Notes under the pieces: model-generated | Databases searched by the model: none | What the model was told of the DNA's origin: nothing | Seen by the model: only the letters and a program-made list of their open reading frames with translations | IMG/VR virus record: IMGVR_UViG_3300036790_000260 | Coordinates: 1 to 58,410 of that record | Direction: 5' to 3' (one strand) | Source of the DNA: a virus | Lineage: Duplodnaviria; Caudoviricetes | Length of the DNA: 58,410 nt | Shown here: positions 17,557 through 26,806 of the stretch, piece after piece | Numbering within the stretch: position 1 is the stretch's first letter | How the letters are laid out: each line of letters opens with the position of its first letter | Program-made: the position numbers and the translations under genes

Positions 17557-20500
17557 TGGCGGTGTTCCCGCAGGCGCCGCTCGGCGTGATGGTCGAACTG
17601 TATTTGGGGTCCTGGACTGACGTTTCGACGTACGTGTACCAGCGCGACCTGATCAGCATCACCACCGGCCGGCCGCCGCAGGCGTCGCAGGCGTCTCCGG
17701 CGCAGGCGACGCTGACGTTGAACCAGCGCGACGGCCGGTTCTCGGTGAACAACCCGCTCGGCCCCTACTACGGGACGCTGGTCCGCAACACGCCGCTGCG
17801 CCTGTCGATACCGAACTCGCTGCTGCCGTCGCCGTCGAACGCGACCTACCTGCGGCTCGAGGACGACACCGTGTCCTATGCGTCGTGCCCGGCGGCGTCC
17901 CGGATCGAGCTGACCGCGTCGTTCGAGGTGCGGATCGACGTCTCGATCCACGGCTACGGGCCGCTCGTGCTCGCCGGGATCTGGCAGGCGTCCGCGTCGG
18001 TGCCGCAGCAGCGGTCCTGGGCGCTCGTACTCACCCCGACCGGCCAGCTGGGCATGTACCTGTCCCCCGACGGCACCGGGCTCGCACAGGAGGCCAGGTC
18101 GGCGTACTCCGACCCCAACGCGCCGCTGCCACTCGGGCGCCTGGTGATCCGCGCCACGGTGAACACCGCCAACGGCGTCGTCGCGTTCTCCTACGCCCCC
18201 GCCGGGCAGATCAACGCCACTGCCTTCACGCCGCTCGGCACGACCGTCGTGTACAGCCTGACCGGGGCGTTCAACCTTTTCGCGTCCACCACCCAGCCGC
18301 TCACCGTCGGCTACGCGGGCGGCCTCGAATACGACGCCGGCGTCAGCGGGGCGCCGTTCGAGAACGCATGGCTCGGCACCCTCGGTTCGATCCACGACTT
18401 CGAGCTGCGGTCCAGCATCGGCGGCACGATCGTCGCGCAGCCCGCGTTCAACACCCAGACCGCCGGCGCCACGACCTGGACGGACTCGCCGGGCAACCCG
18501 TGGTCCCTGAACGGCAGCGCGGCACTGTCGAACCGGTCCTTCCGGTTCCACGGCGAGCTCGCGCAGATGCCGAAAGCCGCAGACCCGTCGCAGACCGATA
18601 TCTACACCCAGGCCATGGCCTCCGGGGTGCTGCGCCGGCTGCAGCAGCAGCAGAGCCCGCTGAACTCGGCGATGTACCGGGCCGTGACGAACCAGGCGTC
18701 CGCCGCGGCGCTCGCCGCACCCGCGCTGGCGTATTGGCCGTGCGAGGACGGCATCGGGGCGACGCAGATCGGGTCGGCGATCTCCGGGGTGGCGGCGATG
18801 ACGATCAGCGGGACGCCGCAACTGTCGAGCAGCACCGTTTTCGCGTGTTCGGACGCGCTGCCCGTGCTCGCGTCGAGCCGCTGGTCCGGGAACGTCACCG
18901 CACCCGGGGTGAGCTGGACGCAGAACCTGCTCGGGCTGCTCCTGATGGTTCCGTCCGCGGGGGAGACGAACGGCGCGCTGATCGGATCGGTGTTCACCAC
19001 CGGGACGTTCGCGAGGATCGATCTGGTATATACCAGCGCGTCCTCCGGGTCGGTGGGCTTCAACTGCTACAACGCGGGCGGCACGCTGGTGGGCAGCAAC
19101 AGCGTGCAGTACGAGCTCGCGGGCGCGGTCACGGTCGGGGTGAACGGGTATCCGGCGCTGATCGAGCTGAACGTCACGACCAGCGGCGCGAACGTGGTGT
19201 GCACGATCACCGCGCGGGTTCCGCTCAGCGGGGAGGTGACGTCCGCGAACGCGTCCGCGACCGGCACCGTCGGCGCCGTCACGCGGGTGATGGTCAACTC
19301 GAACGGCACGCTCGCGAACAGCGTCGTCGGGCATGTGTTCGTCGCGAACGCGGCCGACAACAGCGTCCTGCTCACGGGCCCCGGCTACGGGCCGCTCGGT
19401 GCGTGGCTCGGGGAGCCGGCCGGTTCCAGGGTGCAGCGGCTGTGCATCGAGGAGGGAATCGGGCAGCGGATCTACGGGCACCCCGGGCTCACGGCGCCGA
19501 TGGGCACGCAGACCCTGCAGACACTCGCGCAGCTGCTGCAGGAGTGCGAGACCACCGACCGCGGGATGATGAACGAACCGGTCTCCAGCATCGGGATCGG
19601 CTACCGGACGCTCACGTCCCTGTACAGCCAGGCCGCGACGGCCAGCGCGTCGTTCACGTCTGCCGCGGTGGCCGCGGGGTTCTCCTCGATCGTGGACGAC
19701 CTGCTGACGATCAACGATGTGACCGCGACGAACATCGACGGGTCCTCCGCCCGCCAATACCTGCCTTCCGGGCCGATGTCGGTGCTGGCCCCCCCGGCGG
19801 GGATCGGCCGCGTGGATACGCAGGTGCAGGTGAACGCGGCGTCCGACACGCAGCTGCAGGGCGTGGCGCAGTGGATCCTGCACACCACGACCGATCCGCA
19901 CGACCGGTTCCCGGCGATCCCGTTCGACATGGCCAGGTCGCAGACCCCGGCGGCGATCCCGCTGCTGAAGGTCGGGGACGTCCTGGCGGTCACGTCGCCG
20001 CCGTCGTGGATCCAGTACGACGAGATCGACCAGGTGTGCGCCGGGTTCACCGAGACTCTGGGGCCGTTCGGGGTGTGGCAGATCGGGGTGAACGCCATCC
20101 CCGCGTACCCGTACGCGATCTTCTCGGTCGCGCCGGCCGTGTCGGGTGCGGCGTCGTTCGCTGGCGGGGGTCCGTTCGCGACGCATGTGGACACGGACGG
20201 TACGACGCTGACGTCGAACGTCAACTCCACCGCGGGCGCCTTGTCGTTCACGACGGCGGCGGTGGGGATGCCGGTGTGGACGACGAACCCGGTCGACTTC
20301 CCGTTCGACGTCGGGATCGGCGGTGAGCGGATCACCGTGGTCGGGCCCGGGGCGTGCCTGGGGACGGATCCGTTCCAGGCCGGCGGGATCACGGACTACA
20401 GCGGGCAGTCGGCGGCGGTCTCCGTGTCGGGGACGCACGGCGCGCCGCCGGTCGCGAACGGCTACTCGACCAACGCGATCCTCGTCGCGCCGGCCGGGTC

Positions 20501-20948
20501 GCCGGCGACGTCCGCGTCGGTCGTGGGGGTGGGCAGCGGCGCCGGGACGGTGACCACCTCGACCGGGTACACGGTGTGGGCGTGGGTGTACAACGCGACC
20601 GGGCGCATCTATCAACTGTTCGCGAACTGGCTGCTCGGTTCCGGGTTCGTCTCGTCGTCGTTCGTCGCGGGGACCACGATTCCAGCCGGCGTGTGGACGC
20701 TGGTCACCGGGACGCTGTCGTCGCCGGCCTCGGGGGTCAATGCGGTGCAGCTCGGGATCACGGACAGCGTGTCGCCTGGTGTCGGCAACACGTTCTACGT
20801 GTGGGGTCTCAACGGCTGCGCCACCGCCGGGATCGACGCGGCGTCCCCGCAGGGCTTCACCGCGGTGCGGTCGGTCAACGGGGTCGTGAAGAGCCAGTCC
20901 GCGGGCACCGGGCTGAGCTTGTGGTATCCGCCTGTCATCGGACTCTGA
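17556..20948 (+). CDS. Large minor tail / baseplate protein with lectin- and CBM-like domains
   Basis: VELYLGSWTDVS...LTLNQRDGRFS N-terminus; AYWPCED; 1130 aa after TMP. Confidence 0.8.
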   Translation: MAVFPQAPLGVMVELYLGSWTDVSTYVYQRDLISITTGRPPQASQASPAQATLTLNQRDGRFSVNNPLGPYYGTLVRNTPLRLSIPNSLLPSPSNATYLRLEDDTVSYASCPAASRIELTASFEVRIDVSIHGYGPLVLAGIWQASASVPQQRSWALVLTPTGQLGMYLSPDGTGLAQEARSAYSDPNAPLPLGRLVIRATVNTANGVVAFSYAPAGQINATAFTPLGTTVVYSLTGAFNLFASTTQPLTVGYAGGLEYDAGVSGAPFENAWLGTLGSIHDFELRSSIGGTIVAQPAFNTQTAGATTWTDSPGNPWSLNGSAALSNRSFRFHGELAQMPKAADPSQTDIYTQAMASGVLRRLQQQQSPLNSAMYRAVTNQASAAALAAPALAYWPCEDGIGATQIGSAISGVAAMTISGTPQLSSSTVFACSDALPVLASSRWSGNVTAPGVSWTQNLLGLLLMVPSAGETNGALIGSVFTTGTFARIDLVYTSASSGSVGFNCYNAGGTLVGSNSVQYELAGAVTVGVNGYPALIELNVTTSGANVVCTITARVPLSGEVTSANASATGTVGAVTRVMVNSNGTLANSVVGHVFVANAADNSVLLTGPGYGPLGAWLGEPAGSRVQRLCIEEGIGQRIYGHPGLTAPMGTQTLQTLAQLLQECETTDRGMMNEPVSSIGIGYRTLTSLYSQAATASASFTSAAVAAGFSSIVDDLLTINDVTATNIDGSSARQYLPSGPMSVLAPPAGIGRVDTQVQVNAASDTQLQGVAQWILHTTTDPHDRFPAIPFDMARSQTPAAIPLLKVGDVLAVTSPPSWIQYDEIDQVCAGFTETLGPFGVWQIGVNAIPAYPYAIFSVAPAVSGAASFAGGGPFATHVDTDGTTLTSNVNSTAGALSFTTAAVGMPVWTTNPVDFPFDVGIGGERITVVGPGACLGTDPFQAGGITDYSGQSAAVSVSGTHGAPPVANGYSTNAILVAPAGSPATSASVVGVGSGAGTVTTSTGYTVWAWVYNATGRIYQLFANWLLGSGFVSSSFVAGTTIPAGVWTLVTGTLSSPASGVNAVQLGITDSVSPGVGNTFYVWGLNGCATAGIDAASPQGFTAVRSVNGVVKSQSAGTGLSLWYPPVIGL

Positions 20949-20961
20949 GAGGGAGGCTGGC

Positions 20962-21438
20962 ATGCCGCTTGCCGGAGAGAACGGCACCGCTTCGGTGCTC
21001 ACGGTCGGGCTGCCGTACGGGCTGACGCCGGTGCTGGCGACGTCCAACGGCACCGCGACGTCCGGGACGACCGAGACGTTCGACGCGGTCTTGGGGTATC
21101 TGCAGGCGACGCTCGTTTTGGGGCACTGGTATCGGGCGGTGCTCGACGACGCGATCGGGAACGGGTCGGTCGCGGCCGACGTGTTCACGGTGCAGATCCG
21201 TAATTCGCAGTCGGCGTCGAATCCGACCGCGAGTTCGTCGCTGGTGGCGCAGACCGAGTTCTACGCTTCGGCGATCGGGACGGCGGGGCGCACGGGGCTG
21301 GTGCTGGGGGCGCCGTTCCAGTGCACGGTGGCGGGGTCGAACACGTTCGGGGTGTCGGCGACGCGCCAGAGCGGCAGCGGGGTTTTCACTCCGGTGGGGT
21401 CGCGTTGGCTTTACGTCACCGACCTGGGTGGAAACTGA
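20962..21438 (+). CDS. Minor tail protein
   Basis: Beta-rich; ends LYVTDLG; RBS GGAGG. Confidence 0.65.
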   Translation: MPLAGENGTASVLTVGLPYGLTPVLATSNGTATSGTTETFDAVLGYLQATLVLGHWYRAVLDDAIGNGSVAADVFTVQIRNSQSASNPTASSSLVAQTEFYASAIGTAGRTGLVLGAPFQCTVAGSNTFGVSATRQSGSGVFTPVGSRWLYVTDLGGN

Positions 21439-21956
21439 TGGCCGTAGATGCGGCGCCGTCGCCGGGCGATATCGGGCTCGTGCGCATCAGTGGCAGCGTG
21501 GGCGCCGGGATCCGGTTCGGGCAGTGGCTCGACGGGGACGGTTTCGAGGACTTCGAGCACGCCTTCGGGGTGGTGGGCGACGGGCAGATCGTCGAGGCCG
21601 AGGTCGGCGGTGCGCGGCTGGCCGGCCTCGAGGAGTATGCGGGGCTGCCGGTGGTGTGGCTGCGCTGCCCCGTCCCGCTGCAGGGGCCGGTGGCGGCGGC
21701 GTACCGGGAGTTGCTCGGGCGCCCGTACTCGTTCGCGGACTATGCGGCGCTCGCGGCGCACCGGCTGCGGGTTCCGGTGCCGGGGCTGCGGGGTTACATT
21801 CAGGACACGGGCCACGTGATCTGCAGTCAATTGGTGGACGAAGGGGCACGGCGCGGCGGCTGGACGCTTTTCGACGACGGACGCTGGCCGGGCTACGTCA
21901 CACCAGGGTCGTTGTATAAGCTGGCTGAGGAATCGAAGGAGGTGGGATCCCCGTGA
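21438..21956 (+). CDS. Permuted papain-like NlpC/P60 (YiiX/YebB-like) protein
   Basis: PGDIG...EHAF...IVEA...GRPYS...ICSQLV...TPGSL; His precedes catalytic Cys. Confidence 0.8.
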   Translation: MAVDAAPSPGDIGLVRISGSVGAGIRFGQWLDGDGFEDFEHAFGVVGDGQIVEAEVGGARLAGLEEYAGLPVVWLRCPVPLQGPVAAAYRELLGRPYSFADYAALAAHRLRVPVPGLRGYIQDTGHVICSQLVDEGARRGGWTLFDDGRWPGYVTPGSLYKLAEESKEVGSP

Positions 21957-22486
21957 CGCTGGCAGATCTCGCAGTGCTCGACGCGCACAAGGCCGGCGGC
22001 TTCGCGCCCGGCTATCCGGCTGCGGCCAAGACCTTCTACAGTCCGGTGGACGACGTCCACCAGGCGCTCCTGGACCTGATCAGATCGGCGAGCAAGTCGC
22101 TGGTGCTCGCCATGTACGGATTCGACGACGACGAGCTCGCGGCCGGCCTGCATCAGAAACTCGACGATGAGCGCTGCTTCGTGCAGATGGCGCTCGACTC
22201 CAGCCAGGCCGGTGGCGTGCACGAGCGGGCGCTGCTGGCGAAGGACGCGTTCCCGTCGAATTCGGTCGTGACCGGGCGCAGCGAGCGCGGCGCCATCATG
22301 CACATGAAACTGCTGATCATCGACGGGTTGGACGTCGTCACGGGCTCTACGAACTGGTCCGATTCCGGTGAGCGGCTGCAGGACAACCAGATGACGGTGA
22401 TCCGGGATCCGTTCGTGGCCGCGGAGGCGCGCGCCCGGGTCGACATGATCCACCATTCGATGATGACGAAAGCGGCCCGGAAGTGA
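21953..22486 (+). CDS. Phospholipase D-superfamily enzyme (single HKD, Nuc/PLDc_2-like)
   Basis: [28 protein letters not shown]. Confidence 0.9.
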   Translation: MTLADLAVLDAHKAGGFAPGYPAAAKTFYSPVDDVHQALLDLIRSASKSLVLAMYGFDDDELAAGLHQKLDDERCFVQMALDSSQAGGVHERALLAKDAFPSNSVVTGRSERGAIMHMKLLIIDGLDVVTGSTNWSDSGERLQDNQMTVIRDPFVAAEARARVDMIHHSMMTKAARK

Positions 22487-22929
22487 GCACGGCCGGCCGT
22501 AAGGCCCTGATCGCGGCGTCGATCTTCGGTTTGTGTGACGGGATGATGTCGATCCTCGGTGTGATCTTCACGTTGCGGTCGCATCCGGCGCTGGTGCCGT
22601 GGTCGGCCGCGATCGGCGGCGTCGGCGCGGGGCTGTCGATGGCGGTCGGGCAGTACGTGTCCGCGGACAACGACGACGGGGTTCCGGCGTGCCTGATGCT
22701 CGGGCTCGCCACGAGCGTCGGGTCGGTGCTGCCCGCGCTGCCTTATCTGGGGCTGCGCGGGGCTCCGGCGATCTGGAGCACGGGCGGGATCTGCTTGGTG
22801 CTGGTGTGCGTCGTGGCCGCGCTGCGCGCCGGCGGCCGGTGGCGGGGTGGGGCGCTGGTGTTCGGGTTGCTGGCCGGGGTGTTCGGTGTGACGCTCGGGT
22901 GCGCTCTGGCCGCTCCGGCGGGTGCGTGA
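22483..22929 (+). CDS. VIT1/CCC1-family membrane protein (minimal)
   Basis: [33 protein letters not shown]; about five hydrophobic segments. Confidence 0.75.
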   Translation: MSTAGRKALIAASIFGLCDGMMSILGVIFTLRSHPALVPWSAAIGGVGAGLSMAVGQYVSADNDDGVPACLMLGLATSVGSVLPALPYLGLRGAPAIWSTGGICLVLVCVVAALRAGGRWRGGALVFGLLAGVFGVTLGCALAAPAGA

Positions 22930-23432
22930 TGGTGCGGCACGGCGGGGCGCTGTGGGAGCGGCATCCGCATGTCGCGAATGATCTGTCCTTCGGCGAGCGG
23001 GCGAGCGACAAACTCAAGTTACTGATGGGTACCTGGTCGCTGCTGGGGCTCGTGGCGATGTCCATCGTGTTCTGGCTGCTGCTCGTCTCCGATCCGGGCG
23101 AGCTGCATCTGAACCTGGCCCTGTCGTGCATGGCCGCTGTTCAGGGCATCGTTTTGCAGATCGCGGCGAACCGCGGGGACCGGATCTCCGCGGAGGTGGC
23201 GCTGCATACGCAGGCGAACACCGACGAGCTGATGACGATCAACCGGCAGCAGCTCGCGATCCTGAACGAGGTGCGCCAACTGCGCGCCGAGCTCGCGGAC
23301 GGTTCGGGGGCCGACGTGCCGGTAAGGCCAGGAGCCGGTGGCAACCCGGCGGAAGCGGGTTTCCCAGCAGACGGGCACGCGGTCCCGCCTGGCGCCCCCG
23401 AACCGGCCGTCGGGTCCGGCGGCGCGCCGTGA
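22929..23432 (+). CDS. DUF1003-like membrane protein
   Basis: SFGERASD...MGTW...DP...LNLALSCMAAVQG...NRGDR. Confidence 0.75.
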   Translation: MVRHGGALWERHPHVANDLSFGERASDKLKLLMGTWSLLGLVAMSIVFWLLLVSDPGELHLNLALSCMAAVQGIVLQIAANRGDRISAEVALHTQANTDELMTINRQQLAILNEVRQLRAELADGSGADVPVRPGAGGNPAEAGFPADGHAVPPGAPEPAVGSGGAP

Positions 23433-23605
23433 GTCCACCGGTCATCGCGGCGATCATCTCGGGCTGCTGCTCGATCGCGGCCACGGTCGGCGCGGTGGTG
23501 CTCACCGCGCGGCTGCAGACCCGGCGCATCGACGCACAGAACCGGGCGGCGCTGCAGGAGCAGACTGGGCAGATCAGGCAGCACCTGGACGGAGGAGCCT
23601 CATGA
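23429..23605 (+). CDS. Small single-TM protein (holin-like)
   Basis: N-terminal TM plus short coiled coil; coupled to endolysin. Confidence 0.55.
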   Translation: MSPPVIAAIISGCCSIAATVGAVVLTARLQTRRIDAQNRAALQEQTGQIRQHLDGGAS

Positions 23606-24444
23606 CGCGAACGATGTACGACGGGATTTCCGACGATGCGGCCGCCATCGCGGCGATCCCTTCGGCGATCGGCCTGGTCGCCGGGTACGACGACGGCGAC
23701 TACGCCTGGGCCGCGGCGGACTGGGACCGGTTCCCGAACTCGGTCCACGTCCACATCGCCGTGCACGCCTCGACGAACTCCGGGTCGGTGCTCGACGTCG
23801 AGAACGGCGACGCCACCCCGGCCGACGCCGTGAGCTGGGTGCTGACGCGCCGCGCCGCGGGCGCGGACCCGTCCGTGTACTGCAACCAGGGCGACCCGGA
23901 CAGCGGCTGGCCTGCGGTGCGCGCGGCGTTCCAGGGGCTCGCGGTCCCGGAGCCGCACTACTGGGTCGCCGCGTACGTCTCGGACCCGTCGCGGGTTCCG
24001 GCGGTCCCGGCCGGCGCGGTGGCGTTGCAGTACTACGACTTCGGCGACTACGACGCATCCGTGGTCGTCGACTACTGGCCCGGAGTCGACGATCCGCAGG
24101 ATGCGCCCCCCATGCCGCCGGTACCGCCGGTGGCGCCTGTTTCTTTCGAGGAGGATCCCATGCAGATCGAACCTGTGACCGTGCACCCGGGCGAGTACGC
24201 GCTGGTCGCCCCGTCCGGACTGGGCACGCTGGCGCTGGTCGCCGACGGCTACGGCAATCCGGCCGCCGGCGTGCGCCTCGCGATCTGGGCGGGGAGCAGC
24301 TGCACGGTCCTGGACGACGTGACCATCGGGGGCGCTTCCGGGGTGCACACGTTCGGGCACACGCTGCCGCCCGGCTGCACGGGGGTGACGGTGCGCCGCC
24401 TGGACGCGCAGGCGTACCCGGTGGGTATCGGCTTCCGCCCGTGA
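23602..24444 (+). CDS. Putative endolysin (GH25-like TIM-barrel muramidase) with C-terminal domain
   Basis: MYD, AGYDDG, LDVENGD, PSVYC, YWVAAY, ALQY, DYDAS; Pro linker; flanked by membrane proteins. Confidence 0.75.
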   Translation: MTRTMYDGISDDAAAIAAIPSAIGLVAGYDDGDYAWAAADWDRFPNSVHVHIAVHASTNSGSVLDVENGDATPADAVSWVLTRRAAGADPSVYCNQGDPDSGWPAVRAAFQGLAVPEPHYWVAAYVSDPSRVPAVPAGAVALQYYDFGDYDASVVVDYWPGVDDPQDAPPMPPVPPVAPVSFEEDPMQIEPVTVHPGEYALVAPSGLGTLALVADGYGNPAAGVRLAIWAGSSCTVLDDVTIGGASGVHTFGHTLPPGCTGVTVRRLDAQAYPVGIGFRP

Positions 24445-24482
24445 CCCGGGCCCGGGCCGTGTAGAGAGGCGGGTGAGGGACG

Positions 24483-24917
24483 GTGGGCGGAATGCTGCGC
24501 AGGGTGGTGGCCGTGCTGCGGCAGCAGCCGTACGAGGCGGCGATCGGCACGGCGTCGCTGTCGGGTGTCGTGGAGACGGCGACCGGCCGCGGGTCGAACG
24601 CGCTGTCGGTCGTGATCCCGCACTGGGCTTTGCACGTGCTGGGCGCGATGGCCGTGGCGGGGGGCGCCTTGACGTTGGCCGGCCTGGTGGCGGCGGGGTT
24701 GGCGTCGGATGATGCGGCTCGGGTGGGGCCGCGGCGGCTGGAGCAGACGGGGCAGATCATGCTCTCCGGTGTGCTGGTGGCGCTCGGTGTGGGGGCCACG
24801 ACGTACGGGATCAGCAGTCTCATTCCGGGTGCGATGCAGTTGGCGGTGGGGGCCGCGGCGGCGGTCCGGGCGGCCGCGATCGCGCGGATCCTGCGCACGG
24901 GTGTGCGGCAGCCGTGA
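24483..24917 (+). CDS. Multi-TM holin-like protein
   Basis: 3-4 hydrophobic segments downstream of endolysin. Confidence 0.6.
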   Translation: MGGMLRRVVAVLRQQPYEAAIGTASLSGVVETATGRGSNALSVVIPHWALHVLGAMAVAGGALTLAGLVAAGLASDDAARVGPRRLEQTGQIMLSGVLVALGVGATTYGISSLIPGAMQLAVGAAAAVRAAAIARILRTGVRQP

Positions 24918-25351
24918 GCGCCGGGAACCTGTTCGCGGACGCGGCGGCGCTGGCGGCGTTGGCGAGTGCGGCGTTCACGTGGTTCCGGGGGTGGCGTCGG
25001 CGTGACCGGGATCGGGCGGTGGCGGCGGCGACGGCGCCGTTCACGTCGGGGCGTGAGGTGGCGGATGAGGCGGAGCGGCTGCTGGCGTTGCGGGCGGCGC
25101 GGCTGGAGGAGTCGGAGCGGCGTGAGGCTCGGGCGCAGGATCGTAATGCGGAGTTGCGGGCGCAGAACAAGGCGCAGGAGTCGCAGATCAGCGAGCTGTA
25201 CACGAATGTCGGGAAGTTGGCGGCGGAGAATTCGGAGTTGCGGGAGAAGTTGTCTCAGGCGCAGTCGCGTGAGCAGGCGGATCGGGCGCGGATCGGCGAG
25301 CTCGCGACGAAAGTGGAGGAGCTGTCGAAGCACATCGGGCTCGGCCAGTAG
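24914..25351 (+). CDS. TM-anchored coiled-coil lysis accessory protein
   Basis: N-terminal TM followed by heptad-rich region. Confidence 0.6.
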   Translation: MSAGNLFADAAALAALASAAFTWFRGWRRRDRDRAVAAATAPFTSGREVADEAERLLALRAARLEESERREARAQDRNAELRAQNKAQESQISELYTNVGKLAAENSELREKLSQAQSREQADRARIGELATKVEELSKHIGLGQ

Positions 25352-25366
25352 CCGGCCCTGGGTGCG

Positions 25367-25399
25367 CCGACGCCCCGCGCGGTGGGCGCGGGGCGTCGG
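25367..25399. terminator. Perfect 14-bp hairpin between convergent operons
   Basis: CCGACGCCCCGCGC-GGTGG-GCGCGGGGCGTCGG. Confidence 0.7.
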
Positions 25400-25478
25400 T
25401 ATGGGGGGCTTCCAGGGTAGCGCGGCCGGCCGACGGTCGTCGCCTGGTAGCCTGGTTGGGCGTTTGTAGGGACGCGTT

Positions 25479-25523
25479 GGGGCGCCCCCGTCGAGCATAG
25501 CTCCGGGGGCGTCCTGGTTTTTT
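25479..25523 (+). terminator. Rho-independent terminator of late operon
   Basis: GGGCGCCCCCG..GAGC-ATA-GCTC-CGGGGGCGTCC then GGTTTTTT. Confidence 0.7.
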
Positions 25524-25529
25524 GGCGGT

Positions 25530-25745
25530 CTACAGGTATTTGCGTACTTCTTCGATGCGCACGCGGTAGGTGGCTCCGAACTTCACTGCGCCCAGCTCAC
25601 GTTGCTTGATCATGCGGTAGACGGTCATCTTCGACACGCGCATGATCGTTGCGACTTCCTGCACCGTGAGCAGCTGCACGTCGCTCAGGTCGGCGCGCGG
25701 GGCCGTGATGGCGGCGTCTCTGCGTGCGGTCGTGTGTTCCGTCAT
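25530..25745 (-). CDS. Excisionase-like HTH_17 DNA-binding protein (Rv0500A/BdtA-like)
   Basis: LLTVQEVATIMRVSKMTVYRMI; leaderless, TACGCT 6 nt before ATG. Confidence 0.85.
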   Translation of the reverse strand: MTEHTTARRDAAITAPRADLSDVQLLTVQEVATIMRVSKMTVYRMIKQRELGAVKFGATYRVRIEEVRKYL

Positions 25746-25795
25746 GGGCCTAGCGTATCGGAGAGCGCCCGGGAGTGCCAGGTGTGACGATTGCG

Positions 25796-26806
25796 TCAGG
25801 ACGGCTGCGCGGTGTGCAGCTTTGCGGCGCCGGCCCGGTATGCGGCGAGCGCCGCCGGGTCGTCTTGGAGGGTCCAGTCGGCGCGTTTGCCCTGCGCGGT
25901 GCCGTAGTCGAAATACACCATCCCGATCACCCGCGGGTCGGCGCCGAGCCCGGCGAGCATCGCGGTGACCCACCCGGCTTTCTGCGGACCCTGCTCGGCG
26001 CCGGTCTCCGTGATCACCACCGGGTCCGCGGTCAGCGCGGCCACCTTCTCCTCGGTCGGCCCGAACAGGCTCGACCAGTCGTCCGCCCCCAGCGTGGAAC
26101 CGGTCCAGTACCCGCTGATCCCGACCCAGTCCACATACCCTGCGCCGGGCCACCAGTCGGCCAGGTCCACCGCCGGGACCGGGTTGACCACGTTGGGGGC
26201 CCACACCCAGATCACCTCGTGCGCGCCGGCGGCGGCGAACAGGTCGTGGATGTGGCGCCACGCGGCGACGAACTGCGCGCCGGTCGCGTTCTGGGCGCCT
26301 CCGGCGCCCCAGGACATCCACGGGCCGTTGAACTCGTGGCCGAAGTCGAGCGCGACCGGGATCCCGGTGGCGGCGATCTGCTTGGCGAACGCGCGGATGT
26401 ACAGGTCGTCGCGGCCCTGGGCGATCGCGGTGAGCGTGGTGTCGACGGGCTGCCAGGAGTCGAGGAGCAGCGCGTGCGCCCGCCACGCCGCGGCCGCGTC
26501 GGCGGTGTCGAAGGGGGTCCCGAAGTTCTGGAACACCTCGAGGATGTCCGGGGTGGTGCCGGTGGCGGCCGCGTAGGCGCCAAGGCCTGGGGCCGCGGCC
26601 GGGAGGGACACGCCGAGGTATTTGCCCGCGGGGTGCTCGTAGGCGCCGAGCGGGATCGGCGTGGCGGCCGCGGTAGGCGCCGTGGGGCCGAGCGGCGTGG
26701 TGGCTGCGCCTTGGGCTTTGTGCACGAGGGGCGGTGCGGGGGGTCTGGCGTGGCAGCCGGTGCACAGCACCAGCGCGGCGAGCAAGACCATGATCAGGCG
26801 TTTCAC
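25796..26806 (-). CDS. GH26-family glycoside hydrolase, probable lipoprotein
   Basis: Signal ending CTGC; GHEFNGPW, WVWAPN, WWPGAGYVDWVGISGY, ITETG; RBS AGGAGA. Confidence 0.88.
   Translation of the reverse strand: MKRLIMVLLAALVLCTGCHARPPAPPLVHKAQGAATTPLGPTAPTAAATPIPLGAYEHPAGKYLGVSLPAAAPGLGAYAAATGTTPDILEVFQNFGTPFDTADAAAAWRAHALLLDSWQPVDTTLTAIAQGRDDLYIRAFAKQIAATGIPVALDFGHEFNGPWMSWGAGGAQNATGAQFVAAWRHIHDLFAAAGAHEVIWVWAPNVVNPVPAVDLADWWPGAGYVDWVGISGYWTGSTLGADDWSSLFGPTEEKVAALTADPVVITETGAEQGPQKAGWVTAMLAGLGADPRVIGMVYFDYGTAQGKRADWTLQDDPAALAAYRAGAAKLHTAQPS

Noticed and set aside
17073-21188. 1371-aa antisense ORF and other long antisense ORFs (14665-17124, 8321-10177, 4177-6039)
   Set aside because: Mirror frames of real genes caused by GC3 bias; no recognisable motifs.
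25530-25745. Excisionase as proof of an integration module
   Set aside because: No integrase or att site recognised; the sequence looks more like the chromosomal Rv0500A/BdtA-type regulator.
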